Assembly: GCA_946545425.1 (NCBI GenBank)
Contig: CAMNNM010000001.1
Coordinates: 1 to 58,523, forward strand
Direction: 5' to 3'
Source: an uncultured Blautia sp.
GTDB taxonomy: Bacteria > Bacillota > Clostridia > Lachnospirales > Lachnospiraceae
Length of the DNA stretch: 58,523 nucleotides
Shown here in pieces: positions 9,186 to 20,316 of the stretch. The position numbers and the translations under genes were made by a program. The notes beneath the pieces were generated by a model. It saw only the letters and a list, made by a program, of their open reading frames with translations. It made no database searches and was not told the origin of the DNA. The stretch's first letter is position 1; each line of letters begins with the position of its first letter.

Positions 9186-10502
9186 TTACTTCTCGAGGAA
9201 GCCCTTATAATTACGTACGATCATCTGAGACTCGACCTGTTTTACTGTTTCCAGTATAACACTTACGATAATGATGATCGAGGTACCTCCAAACGAAACG
9301 CTTGCGTGGAAGATTCCGTTAAAGAAGAACGGAATGATCACCACGATGATGAGTCCGACAACACCGATGAAGATCAGATAATTAAGAATATTCTCAAGGT
9401 AATCCGATGTCGGTTTGCCGGGACGGATACCCGGAATGAAGCCGCCCTGCTTCTTGATATTGTCTGCTACTTCCAACGGATTGAAGGTGATGGAAGTATA
9501 GAAATAAGCGAAGAAAATGCAGAGAGCGATGTACACCAGAAGTCCCCAGCTGTACTGAATCTGTCTCGGGTTGCACCAGTTCTGGGAATTCAGACCCGCA
9601 AGGATCTTCGACCCGATTCCTGTTCCGCCGCTCTTTCCGGCCAGCTGTGCGATAATGCCGGGGAAAGACATGATGGACGAAGCAAAAATTACGGGGATAA
9701 CGCCTGCGGTGTTGATCTTCAGCGGAATATAGGTGGACTGTCCTCCCGCAAGCTTTCTTCCAAGCATCTTTCTGGAATACTGTACGGGAATACGTCTTTC
9801 TGCTCCGTTAAGGATCACGACCAGCACGATTACTGCAAGAATGATCGCAATAATGATGATGGCACTCAGAATCGCCATTGCAGGCTTTTTGCCGATCACG
9901 AAGTTTGTGAACAGCGTTCCGATATCGCTCGGAATACGTGAAACAATATTGATACACAGGACGATGGAAATACCATTTCCAATTCCTTTTTCTGTGATAC
10001 GTTCACCGAACCACATCATTACAGCGGAACCTGCCGTCAGACACACCACAACAACAAGACCCTTGAAGAAATTGATGTTGGGGATCAGGCCCTGGCGTCC
10101 AAAGCCGATCGTCATGGCTACAGATTCAAACAATGCAAGACCGACCGTCACATATCTTGTGATCGCAGTCATTTTCTTGCGTCCCTCTTCGCCGTCGCGC
10201 TGCATCTCTTCGAGTGCCGGAATCGCGATGGTAAGCAGCTGAATGATAATGGATGCCGTGATGTACGGTGTAATATTCAATGCCAGAATCGACATCGAAG
10301 TGAAGGAACCGCCGGTAAATGCATCAAAGAAATTGAACGCATCATTTGAAGTGCTGGCAAAGAATTCTTTGAAGAAGTCCTTGTCGACTCCCGGCACGGG
10401 AAGCTGGGATCCGAGTCTGATCACAAGGATCATGAACAGCAGATATAACAGCCTCTTGCGCATGTCCTTCATTCGAAACAGATTTTTAATTGTTTCAAAC
10501 AT
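9186..10502 (-). CDS. secY: preprotein translocase SecY
   Basis: ITPYITASII, GIGNGISI, IPGIRPG, FGGTSIII. Confidence 0.98.
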   Translation of the reverse strand: MFETIKNLFRMKDMRKRLLYLLFMILVIRLGSQLPVPGVDKDFFKEFFASTSNDAFNFFDAFTGGSFTSMSILALNITPYITASIIIQLLTIAIPALEEMQRDGEEGRKKMTAITRYVTVGLALFESVAMTIGFGRQGLIPNINFFKGLVVVVCLTAGSAVMMWFGERITEKGIGNGISIVLCINIVSRIPSDIGTLFTNFVIGKKPAMAILSAIIIIAIILAVIVLVVILNGAERRIPVQYSRKMLGRKLAGGQSTYIPLKINTAGVIPVIFASSIMSFPGIIAQLAGKSGGTGIGSKILAGLNSQNWCNPRQIQYSWGLLVYIALCIFFAYFYTSITFNPLEVADNIKKQGGFIPGIRPGKPTSDYLENILNYLIFIGVVGLIIVVIIPFFFNGIFHASVSFGGTSIIIIVSVILETVKQVESQMIVRNYKGFLEK

Positions 10503-10942
10503 CAGATCACCTCTACAGAACCGCCTGCTTCTTCAATTTTCTTTTTCGCAGTCTCGCTGACAGCGTTAACCTTGACATTGAGCTTCTTAGTAAGATCTCC
10601 GTTGCCGAGGATCTTAATGCCGTCGCCCATCTTGCTGATGGTTCCGGTCTCAAGAAGCATCTCCGGCGTAACTTCGGTACCGTCCTCAAAACGATTCAGG
10701 ATATCGACGTTGATTGCAACAATGTCTTTGGAGCTTCTGCACTTGAAGCCCCTCTTGGGCAGACGTCTGTATAATGGCATCTGACCGCCTTCAAATCCCG
10801 GTTTCTTGTGCCCGGAACGTGCTAACTGACCCTTGTGGCCCTTGCCGGCTGTTTTGCCGTTGCCTGAACCATGTCCACGGCCTCTTCTGAAATTATCATT
10901 ATGTGTCGAACCTTCTGCAGGTCTTAACGTTGATAAATCCAT
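10502..10942 (-). CDS. rplO: 50S ribosomal protein L15
   Basis: [33 protein letters not shown]. Confidence 0.97.
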   Translation of the reverse strand: MDLSTLRPAEGSTHNDNFRRGRGHGSGNGKTAGKGHKGQLARSGHKKPGFEGGQMPLYRRLPKRGFKCRSSKDIVAINVDILNRFEDGTEVTPEMLLETGTISKMGDGIKILGNGDLTKKLNVKVNAVSETAKKKIEEAGGSVEVI

Positions 10943-10969
10943 GATGGCACCTCCTTCTTGTTCTGTACT

Positions 10970-11152
10970 TTATGCTTCTTCTACTTTGACCATATACTGT
11001 ACCTGCTGGATCATTCCTCTTGTGCAGGGATTATCCGGCAGTTCAACCGTCTTGTTGACCTTGCGAAGGCCCATTGCTTCAACAGTTTTTCTATGCTTCG
11101 GTACAGCGCCAATCGGAGATTTTACCAATGTGACTTTTAATTTATCTGCCAT
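10970..11152 (-). CDS. rpmD: 50S ribosomal protein L30
   Basis: [11 protein letters not shown]...GLRKVN; position between rpsE and rplO. Confidence 0.95.
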   Translation of the reverse strand: MADKLKVTLVKSPIGAVPKHRKTVEAMGLRKVNKTVELPDNPCTRGMIQQVQYMVKVEEA

Positions 11153-11165
11153 TTTCATATCCCCC

Positions 11166-11675
11166 TTACGCCAGAATATCGTCCACAGATTTTCCGCGCT
11201 TTCTGGCTACTTCTTCCGGAGTCTTCAGATTCTGAAGACCGTTGATGGTGGCCAGAACGACGTTCTGCTTATTCCTGGAGCCCATGCATTTTGCACGGAT
11301 GTTTCTGATTCCGGCAAGCTCGACGACCGCACGTGCGGGGCCGCCGGCGATGACACCGGTACCTTCCGGAGCACGTTTCAGAAGCATCTCTGCGCTTCCG
11401 AACTTACCGATAAAATCATGTGTGATGGAGTCATTCTCATCACGTGCTACAGAAACAAGTTTCTTCATGGCATCTTCTTTGCCCTTGCGGATGGCTTCCG
11501 GAATTTCAGCGGATTTTCCGAGTCCTGCACCCACATGGCCGTTTCCGTCGCCAACAACTACAAGTGCAGTGAAACGCATCGTACGGCCGCCCTTTACGAC
11601 CTTGACAACACGTTTAATGCTGACGACTTTATCCTGCAGCTCAAGCTGGCTGGCATCGATCAGATTTGCTTTCAT
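11166..11675 (-). CDS. rpsE: 30S ribosomal protein S5
   Basis: [27 protein letters not shown]. Confidence 0.97.
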   Translation of the reverse strand: MKANLIDASQLELQDKVVSIKRVVKVVKGGRTMRFTALVVVGDGNGHVGAGLGKSAEIPEAIRKGKEDAMKKLVSVARDENDSITHDFIGKFGSAEMLLKRAPEGTGVIAGGPARAVVELAGIRNIRAKCMGSRNKQNVVLATINGLQNLKTPEEVARKRGKSVDDILA

Positions 11676-11694
11676 GTGTGTTATCCTCCCTCTC

Positions 11695-12063
11695 TTAGAA
11701 CTTCAGACCCGCTTCCCTGGCTGCATCGGCGAGTGCTTTGACCTTTCCGTGGTAGATGTATCCGGCTCTGTCGAATACGATCTTGCTGATTCCGGCTTCA
11801 AGAGCTCTTCCAGCGATCACGGTTCCAAGATGAGCAGCAGCCTCGACATTGTCGGTATACTGAAGACCTTCCTTCACATCCTTCTCAAGAGTGGATGCGG
11901 ATACAAGAGTCTTACCAGCGACATCGTCGATGATCTGAACATACATGTTTTTATTGGAACGGAACACAGCCATACGGGGAGCGTCGGCGGTTCCTTTTAA
12001 ATAGTGACGTAATCTTCTGTGCTTTTTCTGACGAATTTCCGCCCTGGATCCTTTGCTTATCAT
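11695..12063 (-). CDS. rplR: 50S ribosomal protein L18
   Basis: [37 protein letters not shown]. Confidence 0.97.
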   Translation of the reverse strand: MISKGSRAEIRQKKHRRLRHYLKGTADAPRMAVFRSNKNMYVQIIDDVAGKTLVSASTLEKDVKEGLQYTDNVEAAAHLGTVIAGRALEAGISKIVFDRAGYIYHGKVKALADAAREAGLKF

Positions 12064-12080
12064 GTCTTCACTCTCCTTAA

Positions 12081-12620
12081 TTATTTCTTACCGGTCTTGC
12101 CGACCTTACGTCTGATGATTTCGTAGTCATACTTGATTCCCTTGCCCTTATACGGCTCAGGTCTTCTCTTGTCTCTGATCTCAGCTGCGTACTGTCCGAC
12201 TTTTTCTTTGTCGATACCGGAAACAATAATCTTGTTTCCGTCAACTTTGGACTCCAGTCCTTCCGGGTCCTCCATCTCGACCGGATGAGAATAACCAAGG
12301 TTCAGGACAAGCTTATTGCCCTGCTTGTTTGCTCTATAACCAACACCATTGACTTCGAGCGTCTTGGTGAATCCTTCGCTTACGCCTACGACCATGTTGT
12401 GGATCAGGCTTCTGGTAAGACCATGAAGAGATTTCATTCTCTTAAGATCATTCGGTCTGGTTACGACCACATGGCCGTCTTCCAGTTTGATCTCCATCTC
12501 TGCCGGAAGAGTTCTCTCCAGCGTTCCCTTCGGTCCCTTGACGGCCACATGATTTCCGTCTGCGATTTTGACTTCAACGCCAGCCGGAATTGCGACCGGA
12601 AGTCTGCCTATACGTGACAT
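12081..12620 (-). CDS. rplF: 50S ribosomal protein L6
   Basis: [25 protein letters not shown]. Confidence 0.97.
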   Translation of the reverse strand: MSRIGRLPVAIPAGVEVKIADGNHVAVKGPKGTLERTLPAEMEIKLEDGHVVVTRPNDLKRMKSLHGLTRSLIHNMVVGVSEGFTKTLEVNGVGYRANKQGNKLVLNLGYSHPVEMEDPEGLESKVDGNKIIVSGIDKEKVGQYAAEIRDKRRPEPYKGKGIKYDYEIIRRKVGKTGKK

Positions 12621-12720
12621 ATATTTGTCCTCCTATTACTTAGATTATCGGAGAAGGATCTCTGCGTCATGCTGTTCCTTCTCTGTTTTCAGCACTCAGG
12701 CAATCAGCCCCTTTGGCCGG

Positions 12721-13122
12721 TTACCAGATAAAGCAGAGTACCTCACCGCCAACATGCTGTTTACGTGCTTCCTTATCGGTGATAACACCCTTGTTCGTGG
12801 AAAGGATGGCGATTCCAAGTCCGCCGAGGACCTTCGGGATCTGATCCTTTCCTGCATAGATACGAAGACCCGGTTTGCTGATTCTCTTCAGACCGGTGAT
12901 GATCTTCTCGTTCTTGTCATCGCCATACTTCAGTGTGATGACAATATCCTTTGCAGGACCGTTGTCAACAAGTTCATACTTTGCGATATATCCTTCGTCA
13001 ACCAGAATGTCTGCGATGGCAAGCTTCATTTTGGAAGACGGAACCGTTACAGTGTCGTGCTTTGCAGTATTTGCATTACGGATTCTTGTAAGCATATCTG
13101 CAATCGGATCGCTCATTGTCAT
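12721..13122 (-). CDS. rpsH: 30S ribosomal protein S8
   Basis: [27 protein letters not shown]. Confidence 0.97.
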   Translation of the reverse strand: MTMSDPIADMLTRIRNANTAKHDTVTVPSSKMKLAIADILVDEGYIAKYELVDNGPAKDIVITLKYGDDKNEKIITGLKRISKPGLRIYAGKDQIPKVLGGLGIAILSTNKGVITDKEARKQHVGGEVLCFIW

Positions 13123-13210
13123 GTCAGTATCCTCCTTAAAAGACTTTACATGTACTTATACAGCCACAGAACCAGAAGCGGCTGCTTCTGTGGCAGAATA
13201 TCCAGATGAA

Positions 13211-13396
13211 TTACCAGGATGCCTTCTTGACTCCCGGAATCTGTCCCTTATATGCAAGCTCGCGGAAACAAATTCTGCAGATCCCGTATTTTTTCAGATA
13301 TGCGTGCGGACGGCCGCAGATTCTGCAGCGTGTGTATTCTCTTGTGGAGAACTTCGCCGGGCGCTGCTGTTTGATTTTCATTGCTGTTTTAGCCAT
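13211..13396 (-). CDS. rpsZ: 30S ribosomal protein S14 type Z (Zn-binding)
   Basis: RCRICGRPH...GICRICFRE...PGVKKASW. Confidence 0.96.
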   Translation of the reverse strand: MAKTAMKIKQQRPAKFSTREYTRCRICGRPHAYLKKYGICRICFRELAYKGQIPGVKKASW

Positions 13397-13415
13397 GAAT
13401 ATTTCCTCCTAACAC

Positions 13416-13955
13416 TTACTTGGCAAACGGCATTCCAAAGAGTCTCAGAAGCTCTCTTGCTTCCTCGTCAGTCTTAGCCGTAGTAACGAAGACAACGTCC
13501 ATACCCCTTACCTTGTCGACCTTGTCATACTCGATCTCGGGGAAGATCAGCTGCTCTTTGATTCCGAGGGAATAATTTCCTCTGCCGTCAAAACCGTTGG
13601 GGTTTACGCCGCGGAAGTCACGTACACGCGGAAGAGCAAGGTTGATCAGACGATCTGCAAATTCATACATCTTGTCGCCGCGAAGCGTGGTCTTGCAGCC
13701 AATGGACATGCCTTCCCTGATCTTGAAGTTTGCAACGGACTTCTTTGCCTTGGTGATAACGGCCTTCTGACCGGTGATGATCTGCATGTCGTTTACTGCG
13801 GAATCAAGAAGCTTTGCGTTTTCCTTGGCTTCTCCGACGCCCATGTTTACGACGATCTTTTCAAGCTTCGGCACTTCCATAACGTTTTTGTAGCCGAATT
13901 TCTTTGTCATGGCATCCATGACTTCGTTCTTATAAAAATCCTTAAGTCTGCTCAC
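13416..13955 (-). CDS. rplE: 50S ribosomal protein L5
   Basis: [30 protein letters not shown]. Confidence 0.97.
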   Translation of the reverse strand: MSRLKDFYKNEVMDAMTKKFGYKNVMEVPKLEKIVVNMGVGEAKENAKLLDSAVNDMQIITGQKAVITKAKKSVANFKIREGMSIGCKTTLRGDKMYEFADRLINLALPRVRDFRGVNPNGFDGRGNYSLGIKEQLIFPEIEYDKVDKVRGMDVVFVTTAKTDEEARELLRLFGMPFAK

Positions 13956-13970
13956 TTGTTATGCCTCCCC

Positions 13971-14282
13971 TCAGTTGATGGTCTTACCGGTTTTCTTGGC
14001 ATAGCGGACCTTTTTGCCGTCTTCTGTGCGGAAACCGACTCTGGTAGCCTGGCCGTCAGCAAGCAGCATAACGTTGGAAACATCGATCGGAGCTTCCATC
14101 TGGACGATTCCGCCGTTCTGATTTGCAGCAGACGGTTTGGAATGTTTGGATACCATGTTGATGTTCTCTACCACTACCTTGTGATCCTTGACATGAACGG
14201 AAAGGACCTTTCCGTCTTTGCCTTTATCTTTACCGGCGATAACCCTGACGGTATCACCTTTTTTAATTTTCATAGCTGACAT
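13971..14282 (-). CDS. rplX: 50S ribosomal protein L24
   Basis: KOW motif [16 protein letters not shown]; EAPIDVSNV. Confidence 0.97.
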   Translation of the reverse strand: MSAMKIKKGDTVRVIAGKDKGKDGKVLSVHVKDHKVVVENINMVSKHSKPSAANQNGGIVQMEAPIDVSNVMLLADGQATRVGFRTEDGKKVRYAKKTGKTIN

Positions 14283-14295
14283 GCGGCACCCTCCA

Positions 14296-14664
14296 TTATA
14301 ATACTTCCGGAGCTAAGGAAACGATCTTCGAAAACTTCTTCTCACGGAGCTCTCTGGCAACCGGTCCGAAGATACGGGTTCCTCTCGGAGTTAAGTCATC
14401 TTTAATGATAACCGCTGCGTTCTCATCAAAACGGATGTAGGATCCGTCCTTGCGGTGTGCGCCTTTTACACTGCGTACTACGACTGCCTTGACAACATCG
14501 CCCTTCTTGACAACACCGCCGGGTGTTGCATCTTTAACGCTGGCAATGATGGTATCGCCAATATTGGCATATCTTCTGGTGGAGCCGCCCATAACACGAA
14601 TACAAAGGACTTCTTTTGCACCAGTGTTGTCGGCAACTTTCAGTCTTGTTTCCTGCTGAATCAT
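14296..14664 (-). CDS. rplN: 50S ribosomal protein L14
   Basis: [28 protein letters not shown]. Confidence 0.98.
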   Translation of the reverse strand: MIQQETRLKVADNTGAKEVLCIRVMGGSTRRYANIGDTIIASVKDATPGGVVKKGDVVKAVVVRSVKGAHRKDGSYIRFDENAAVIIKDDLTPRGTRIFGPVARELREKKFSKIVSLAPEVL

Positions 14665-14677
14665 ACTGGCTTCCTCC

Positions 14678-14932
14678 TTATTTCACTTTCTCGACGATCT
14701 CGACCAGTCTCCATCTCTTATCCTTGGACAGCGGTCTGGTCTCCATGACCTTTACGGTATCGCCGATGCTGCATTCGTTATTCTCGTCATGAGCTTTCAG
14801 TTTATATGTTCTCTTTACGATCTTTTTGTAAAGAGGATGTTTGATATGGTCTTCAATCGCAACAACGATGGTCTTGTCCATCTTATTGCTCGTGACCTTA
14901 CCCGTACGGGTTTTTCTCAGATTTCTTTCCAC
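14678..14932 (-). CDS. rpsQ: 30S ribosomal protein S17
   Basis: [25 protein letters not shown]. Confidence 0.97.
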   Translation of the reverse strand: MERNLRKTRTGKVTSNKMDKTIVVAIEDHIKHPLYKKIVKRTYKLKAHDENNECSIGDTVKVMETRPLSKDKRWRLVEIVEKVK

Positions 14933-14949
14933 GGCTGTATCCTCCTAAA

Positions 14950-15159
14950 TTATTTAGACGCTTTAGCCTGCTCAGTGATTACTGTCTGGATCCTGGCAAT
15001 ATTCTTGCGGACTTCTTTGATCCTGCCGGTATTGTCCAACTGATTGGTTGCATTCTGAAATCTCAGATTAAAAAGTTCTTTCTTGGCAGCGACGAGTTCG
15101 TCTTTCAGCTCTGCTGCGGATTTTGCTCTTAAATCTTCCACGAATTTATCAATCTTCAC
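14950..15159 (-). CDS. rpmC: 50S ribosomal protein L29 (GTG start at 15159 or 15168)
   Basis: [29 protein letters not shown]. Confidence 0.95.
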   Translation of the reverse strand: MKIDKFVEDLRAKSAAELKDELVAAKKELFNLRFQNATNQLDNTGRIKEVRKNIARIQTVITEQAKASK

Positions 15160-15586
15160 TGTCTTCACCGCCTTCTAAGTCTGCACGAGAAACTATTTTG
15201 CACTTGACCGGAAGCTTGTTGGACGCGAGACGCAGTGCCTCCTGCGCAACTTCCTGTGAAACGCCTGCGATCTCGAAAAGAACGCGGCCCGGTTTCACGA
15301 CTGCTACCCAGTAATCAACAGTACCTTTACCGGAACCCATACGGGTTTCAGCCGGCTTTGCAGTAACCGGTTTGTCCGGGAAAATCTTGATCCAGACTTT
15401 ACCGCCACGCTTGATATAACGGGTCATGGCAACACGGGCTGCCTCGATCTGGTTCGATTTGATCCAGGCCGGCTCTACAGCCACAAGACCATATTCACCG
15501 TAATTGATCTTATTTCCACGGAGAGCTTTGCCGCGCATGGATCCGCGGAACTGTTTACGACGTTTTACTCTTTTCGGCATTAACAT
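15149..15586 (-). CDS. rplP: 50S ribosomal protein L16
   Basis: [23 protein letters not shown]. Confidence 0.97.
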   Translation of the reverse strand: MLMPKRVKRRKQFRGSMRGKALRGNKINYGEYGLVAVEPAWIKSNQIEAARVAMTRYIKRGGKVWIKIFPDKPVTAKPAETRMGSGKGTVDYWVAVVKPGRVLFEIAGVSQEVAQEALRLASNKLPVKCKIVSRADLEGGEDSED

Positions 15587-16242
15587 TATTTATCGCTCCC
15601 TTCCTTATTCCCCTTTGCAGGAAGAACTTCGCCGTTGTAGACCCATGCCTTAACTCCGACCTTGCCATACTGGGTGTCGGCTTCGGCAAATCCATAGTCA
15701 ATGTCTGCACGCAGTGTCTGAAGCGGAATGGTTCCGTCACTGTAGAACTCGGTACGAGCCATATCAGCGCCGCCAAGTCTTCCGGATACGCTGGTCTTGA
15801 TTCCAAGAGCTCCGGCTCTCATGGTTCTCTGCATGGTGGACTTCATTGCACGGCGGAAAGAGATACGATTCTCAAGCTGCTGAGCTATGTTCTCGGCAAC
15901 AAGCTGTGCATCACGGTCAGGTCTCTTGATCTCCTTGATGTCAACGATCAGCTTCTTGTCGGTAAGCTTCTGAAGCTCGGCTTTTACCTTCTCGATTTCT
16001 GCGCCGCCCTTGCCGATAACGATACCGGGCTTAGCGGTATAGATGATGACCTTGACTCTGTCAGAGGCTCTCTCGATCTCGATCTTGGAAACGCCTGCGC
16101 TGTAGAGTTTCTTCTTCAGGAACTTTCTGATATTATAGTCTTCAACAAGATAGTCAGCAAAATCCTTGTCTGCATACCATCTTGAATCCCAATCTTTGAT
16201 AATTCCGATTCTAAGACCATGCGGGTTAACTTTCTGTCCCAT
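15586..16242 (-). CDS. rpsC: 30S ribosomal protein S3
   Basis: [33 protein letters not shown]. Confidence 0.98.
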   Translation of the reverse strand: MGQKVNPHGLRIGIIKDWDSRWYADKDFADYLVEDYNIRKFLKKKLYSAGVSKIEIERASDRVKVIIYTAKPGIVIGKGGAEIEKVKAELQKLTDKKLIVDIKEIKRPDRDAQLVAENIAQQLENRISFRRAMKSTMQRTMRAGALGIKTSVSGRLGGADMARTEFYSDGTIPLQTLRADIDYGFAEADTQYGKVGVKAWVYNGEVLPAKGNKEGSDK

Positions 16243-16253
16243 GTTTTGCCTCC

Positions 16254-16643
16254 TTATTTCTCATCCAGGACAATGGTAATGTGGCTGGTTCTCTTGAAGA
16301 TCCTGTAAGCACGGCCCTGTGCCCTGGGCTGGATCCGCTTCATTGTCGGTCCCTTGTTGGCATAGCACTTTGCGATATACAGGTTGTCAGCATTCATTCC
16401 ATTGTTGTTCTCTGCATTAGCGACAGCTGACTCAAGCAGCTTTTTGATCACGCTGGATGCATATCTGGGATTATATGTAAGGATTCCAAGAGCCGATTTC
16501 ACGTCTTTGCCGCGGATGACATCCAGCACGTAGCATGCTTTCTGCACCGGAACTCTGGCATAAGACAGTTTCGCGGACGGTCTTGTCTCTCTGTTATTCT
16601 CATTTCTGGCTCTCTTAATCTGGCTTCTATGTCCCTTTGCCAT
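16254..16643 (-). CDS. rplV: 50S ribosomal protein L22 (N-terminal extension)
   Basis: [32 protein letters not shown]. Confidence 0.96.
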   Translation of the reverse strand: MAKGHRSQIKRARNENNRETRPSAKLSYARVPVQKACYVLDVIRGKDVKSALGILTYNPRYASSVIKKLLESAVANAENNNGMNADNLYIAKCYANKGPTMKRIQPRAQGRAYRIFKRTSHITIVLDEK

Positions 16644-16774
16644 TTTAAAGTGCCCTCCTTTCGTTCTATCCGATCTTTTGCATGCGGTGCGACACCTTCA
16701 CACCGCTTCGCATACACACGTAGATATCCGCCTGCCGGATTCTTTCCGGCAGGCAGACTGCCATTCTCTTTTTA

Positions 16775-17053
16775 TCAGCGTACGCCTGACTTTTTCTCGC
16801 CGCCGTGGCCTCTGTATGTTCTGGTGGCAACAAACTCGCCAAGCTTATGTCCTACCATATCCTCGGTTACATAAACCGGAACATGCTTTCTTCCGTCATG
16901 AACGGCGATCGTGTGACCTACAAAAGACGGAAAGATCGTTGAACTGCGTGACCAGGTCTTGATTACGGCTTTATCATTCGCGGCGTTCAGCGCGTCAATC
17001 TTTTTCAGAAGGCTTGCTTCGGCATAAGGTCCTTTTTTTAATGAACGAGACAT
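16775..17053 (-). CDS. rpsS: 30S ribosomal protein S19
   Basis: [23 protein letters not shown]. Confidence 0.97.
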   Translation of the reverse strand: MSRSLKKGPYAEASLLKKIDALNAANDKAVIKTWSRSSTIFPSFVGHTIAVHDGRKHVPVYVTEDMVGHKLGEFVATRTYRGHGGEKKSGVR

Positions 17054-17068
17054 TATATATCCTCCTTA

Positions 17069-17914
17069 TTATTTCGATAAAGCTCTGCCATCGCGTCTTC
17101 TTACGATGAGCTTGTTGGACTGCTTGTTCTTCTTACGGGTCTTCAGACCAAGAGCCGGCTTGCCCCACGGTGTGCTCGGGCCCGGACGGCCGATACCAGC
17201 CTTGCCCTCGCCGCCGCCGTGCGGATGGTCGTTCGGGTTCATGACTGAACCGCGGACCGTCGGTCTGATTCCCATATGACGGATGCGTCCTGCCTTACCA
17301 TAACTGATCAGGTTGTGATCGCCGTTTCCGACAACGCCGATGGAAGCGCGGCAGTTGATCGGAACCATTCTCATCTCGCCTGAAGGAAGACGAAGCGTTG
17401 CATATTTGCCTTCTTTTGCCATCATCTGAGCCGCATTTCCTGCAGAACGGACCATCTGTCCGCCTCTTCCCGGATGAAGCTCGATGTTGTGGATCATGGT
17501 ACCAACCGGAATCTTCTCCAGCGGCATGCAGTTTCCGACTCTGACTTCTGCTTCCGGTCCGTTCATGATCGTCTGACCGACTTTCAGTCCTTCCGGAGCG
17601 ATGATATAAGCCTTTGCGCCGTCTGCGTATGAAATAAGGGCAATGTTTGCCGTTCTGTTCGGATCGTATTCGATGGATCTTACCGTTGCCGGAACACCGT
17701 CTTTATTTCTCTTGAAATCGATGATTCTGTATTTTCTTCTGCTGCCGCCGCCGTGATGTCTCACAGTGATCTTGCCCTGATTGTTGCGGCCTGCATTTTT
17801 CTTAAGAGACGTAGTCAGGGATTTCTCGGGAGTTGACTTTGTGATCTCTGAGAAATCGGAGCCTGTCATATGTCTTCTGGATGGTGTATAGGGATTATAG
17901 GTTTTAATTCCCAT
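17069..17914 (-). CDS. rplB: 50S ribosomal protein L2
   Basis: [26 protein letters not shown]. Confidence 0.98.
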   Translation of the reverse strand: MGIKTYNPYTPSRRHMTGSDFSEITKSTPEKSLTTSLKKNAGRNNQGKITVRHHGGGSRRKYRIIDFKRNKDGVPATVRSIEYDPNRTANIALISYADGAKAYIIAPEGLKVGQTIMNGPEAEVRVGNCMPLEKIPVGTMIHNIELHPGRGGQMVRSAGNAAQMMAKEGKYATLRLPSGEMRMVPINCRASIGVVGNGDHNLISYGKAGRIRHMGIRPTVRGSVMNPNDHPHGGGEGKAGIGRPGPSTPWGKPALGLKTRKKNKQSNKLIVRRRDGRALSK

Positions 17915-17990
17915 GACGTTTAACTCCTTTCAGTCTTTATCTGCACGCTTACTGATGCGTTTACCTTTCAGCCGGAAGGGCCGGCCGAAA

Positions 17991-18290
17991 TCAAAGTCCC
18001 TGGAAGATCTCGATTTCCTTGCTGTCTTCGGTCAGGAACACGATCGCCTTCTTGGTCTTGGCGGTCTTTCCGAAAGTCATTCCGCGGCGTTTGGTCTTGC
18101 CGGGAAGATTCATTGTGTTGACCTTTCTGACCTTGGTGCCTTCGAACATCTTCTCGACGGCGTCCTTGATCATGGTCTTGTTGGCTTCCGGATGTACCAG
18201 GAACGTGTACTGCTTATCGCCCATCAGTCTCATGGACTTCTCGGTCACGACCGGTTTCAGAATGACGTCATAATATTTAAGGTCTGCCAT
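17991..18290 (-). CDS. rplW: 50S ribosomal protein L23
   Basis: PVVTEKS, ANKTMIKDAVE, KKAIV. Confidence 0.96.
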   Translation of the reverse strand: MADLKYYDVILKPVVTEKSMRLMGDKQYTFLVHPEANKTMIKDAVEKMFEGTKVRKVNTMNLPGKTKRRGMTFGKTAKTKKAIVFLTEDSKEIEIFQGL

Positions 18291-18910
18291 TATGCGTACA
18301 CCTCCTCGATAGTCTTAACGGCGTCCTTGGTGACCACCAGGGTCTTGAACTTCAGGACATCGTATACATTAATGGTTGAAGGAGTAGCCGTCTTGACGTC
18401 TGCGATGTTGCGGGCGGAAAGAACGACGTTCTCGTTGTTGTCGGCTGTCACGATCAGAGCGTTCTGAGCCTTCAGGCTGTCAAGCACCTTGATCATGTTC
18501 TTTGTCTTGATGCCGTCAAATGCAAGGCTGTCAAGAACGATGATGCTGGAATCCTGAACCTTGGAGGTAAGGGCGCTCTTAAGAGCAGCTCTTCTTTCCT
18601 TCTTGTTCATCTTGAAGGAATAGTCTCTGGGAGTCGGCGCAAAGATCATTCCGCCGCCGGTCCACTGTGCGGCACGGATGGATCCCTGTCTTGCATGACC
18701 TGTACCCTTCTGTCTCCACGGTTTTCTTCCGCCTCCGCTCACCTCGGAACGGCCCTTGGCCTTCTGAGTGCCCTGGCGTTTATCTGCAAGCTGGCGTACA
18801 ACTGCCAGATGGACAAGATGCTCGTTGATCTCTACACCGAACACAGCATCGTTCAGATCGATCGTACCGACCTCGACGCCTTCCATGTTATAAACTTTTA
18901 CGTTTGCCAT
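18290..18910 (-). CDS. rplD: 50S ribosomal protein L4
   Basis: [21 protein letters not shown]. Confidence 0.97.
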   Translation of the reverse strand: MANVKVYNMEGVEVGTIDLNDAVFGVEINEHLVHLAVVRQLADKRQGTQKAKGRSEVSGGGRKPWRQKGTGHARQGSIRAAQWTGGGMIFAPTPRDYSFKMNKKERRAALKSALTSKVQDSSIIVLDSLAFDGIKTKNMIKVLDSLKAQNALIVTADNNENVVLSARNIADVKTATPSTINVYDVLKFKTLVVTKDAVKTIEEVYA

Positions 18911-18928
18911 CTCTGTGCTCCTCCTTCC

Positions 18929-19564
18929 TTACTGTAAGGACTTCACTGTCTCTTTGATGGTTACCAAAGATTTCTTAGGTCCAGGAACAGCACCTTTGAC
19001 CAACAGTAAGTTATTTTCTGTATCTACGCGAACGATCTCAAGATTCTGAACGGTGACCTGTACGTGTCCCATCTGTCCGGGCATCTTTTTGCCGGGATAT
19101 ACACGGCTGGGATCGGATGAAGTTCCGTTGGAACCTGCATGACGATGATATTTGGAACCGTGGGTCATCGGTCCTCTGGACTGTCCGTGTCTCTTGATCG
19201 CGCCCTGATATCCTTTACCTTTGGAAATCGCGGTAGCGTCCACGTGGTCGCCTGCTGCAAAGATGTCTGCTTTGATTTCCTGTCCGACTGCATATTCAGC
19301 CGCGTTCTCAAAACGGAACTCCCGGATGAATCTTCTCACAGAAGTGCCGGCCTTCTTGAAAACGCCCGTTTCAGGTTTGTTGACCAGCTTTTCACGGATA
19401 TCGCCGAAGCCAACCTGTACGGATGCATAGCCGTCTTTTTCTTCTGTCTTGACCTGAGTAACGACGCAGGGGCCTGCCTGAAGAACAGTAACAGGGATCA
19501 GCATTCCGTTCTCATCGAAGATCTGGGTCATTCCGACCTTTGTAGCTAAGATTGCTTTCTTCAT
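18929..19564 (-). CDS. rplC: 50S ribosomal protein L3
   Basis: [30 protein letters not shown]. Confidence 0.97.
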   Translation of the reverse strand: MKKAILATKVGMTQIFDENGMLIPVTVLQAGPCVVTQVKTEEKDGYASVQVGFGDIREKLVNKPETGVFKKAGTSVRRFIREFRFENAAEYAVGQEIKADIFAAGDHVDATAISKGKGYQGAIKRHGQSRGPMTHGSKYHRHAGSNGTSSDPSRVYPGKKMPGQMGHVQVTVQNLEIVRVDTENNLLLVKGAVPGPKKSLVTIKETVKSLQ

Positions 19565-19650
19565 TTTCTAAATCCTCCTATAGCGGATTGCCGTCAGGCA
19601 ATCATATAATTTATCATAAAGGCTCCGCATTGCGGTCACGCCTTCATTTT

Positions 19651-19962
19651 TTATTTCATCTTGATATCAATGCTGACACCGGCAGGCATTTCCAGTCTGG
19701 AAAGAGCGTCGACCGTCTTCTGGGTCGGTGCGATGATATCGATCAGTCTCTTGTGTGTTCTCTGCTCGAACTGTTCTCTGGAATCTTTGTACTTATGTAC
19801 AGCACGAAGAATGGTAACTACTTCCTTCTTGGTGGGAAGCGGAACCGGGCCGCTTACCTTTGCGCCGTTCTTCTTGACTGTGTCGACGATCTTTCCTGCA
19901 GATGCGTCAACAAGCTGATGATCATAAGCCCTGAGTGTGATTCTCATAATCTGATTTGCCAT
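19651..19962 (-). CDS. rpsJ: 30S ribosomal protein S10
   Basis: [27 protein letters not shown]. Confidence 0.98.
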   Translation of the reverse strand: MANQIMRITLRAYDHQLVDASAGKIVDTVKKNGAKVSGPVPLPTKKEVVTILRAVHKYKDSREQFEQRTHKRLIDIIAPTQKTVDALSRLEMPAGVSIDIKMK

Positions 19963-19974
19963 AAAAAAAGTCTC

Positions 19975-20188
19975 CTCCTATTCGTACTCTTTTAAGCAGT
20001 ACGACAAGCGGCGACTGTACACATCTCCGTGTGTGTCCATACTCTCCGGATCACACACCCCATCCCGAACGATGGCATCTGAACTTGTACAGTGACTTGT
20101 CGTCAGTTTATAAACTTGACATTCGCTCCACGGAAAACCCGTCTCTATGGACGGCAACCTCTCGCTTCATAGCTATCATGCCACAGCA
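19975..20188 (-). promoter_or_regulatory. S10-operon structured leader RNA (Firmicutes rpsJ leader type)
   Basis: mRNA contains AUGAAGCGAGAGGUUGCCG...GGUUUUCCGUGGAG..UGUCA, resembling Firmicute S10 leaders as I recall them; further long stems downstream. Confidence 0.65.
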
Positions 20189-20194
20189 TTAGGT

Positions 20195-20223
20195 ATTATA
20201 CATAATTCGGGCATCCAATGCAA
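20195..20223 (-). promoter_or_regulatory. S10 operon promoter
   Basis: TTGCAT-17 bp-TATAAT. Confidence 0.75.
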
Positions 20224-20316
20224 GCTTTTTTTTCAGAAAACAGAATTTTTTTCTTTCTGTCTTCAAAGCCCGCCCGGATGCCCGATGCAAGTTCATTTAT
20301 ATAGGAAGTTTCTCTT

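Noticed and set aside
12621-13210. Hairpins flanking rpsH (near 12650-12685 and 13162-13195)
   Set aside because: Ordinary intercistronic stems with no repeated or distinctive motif.
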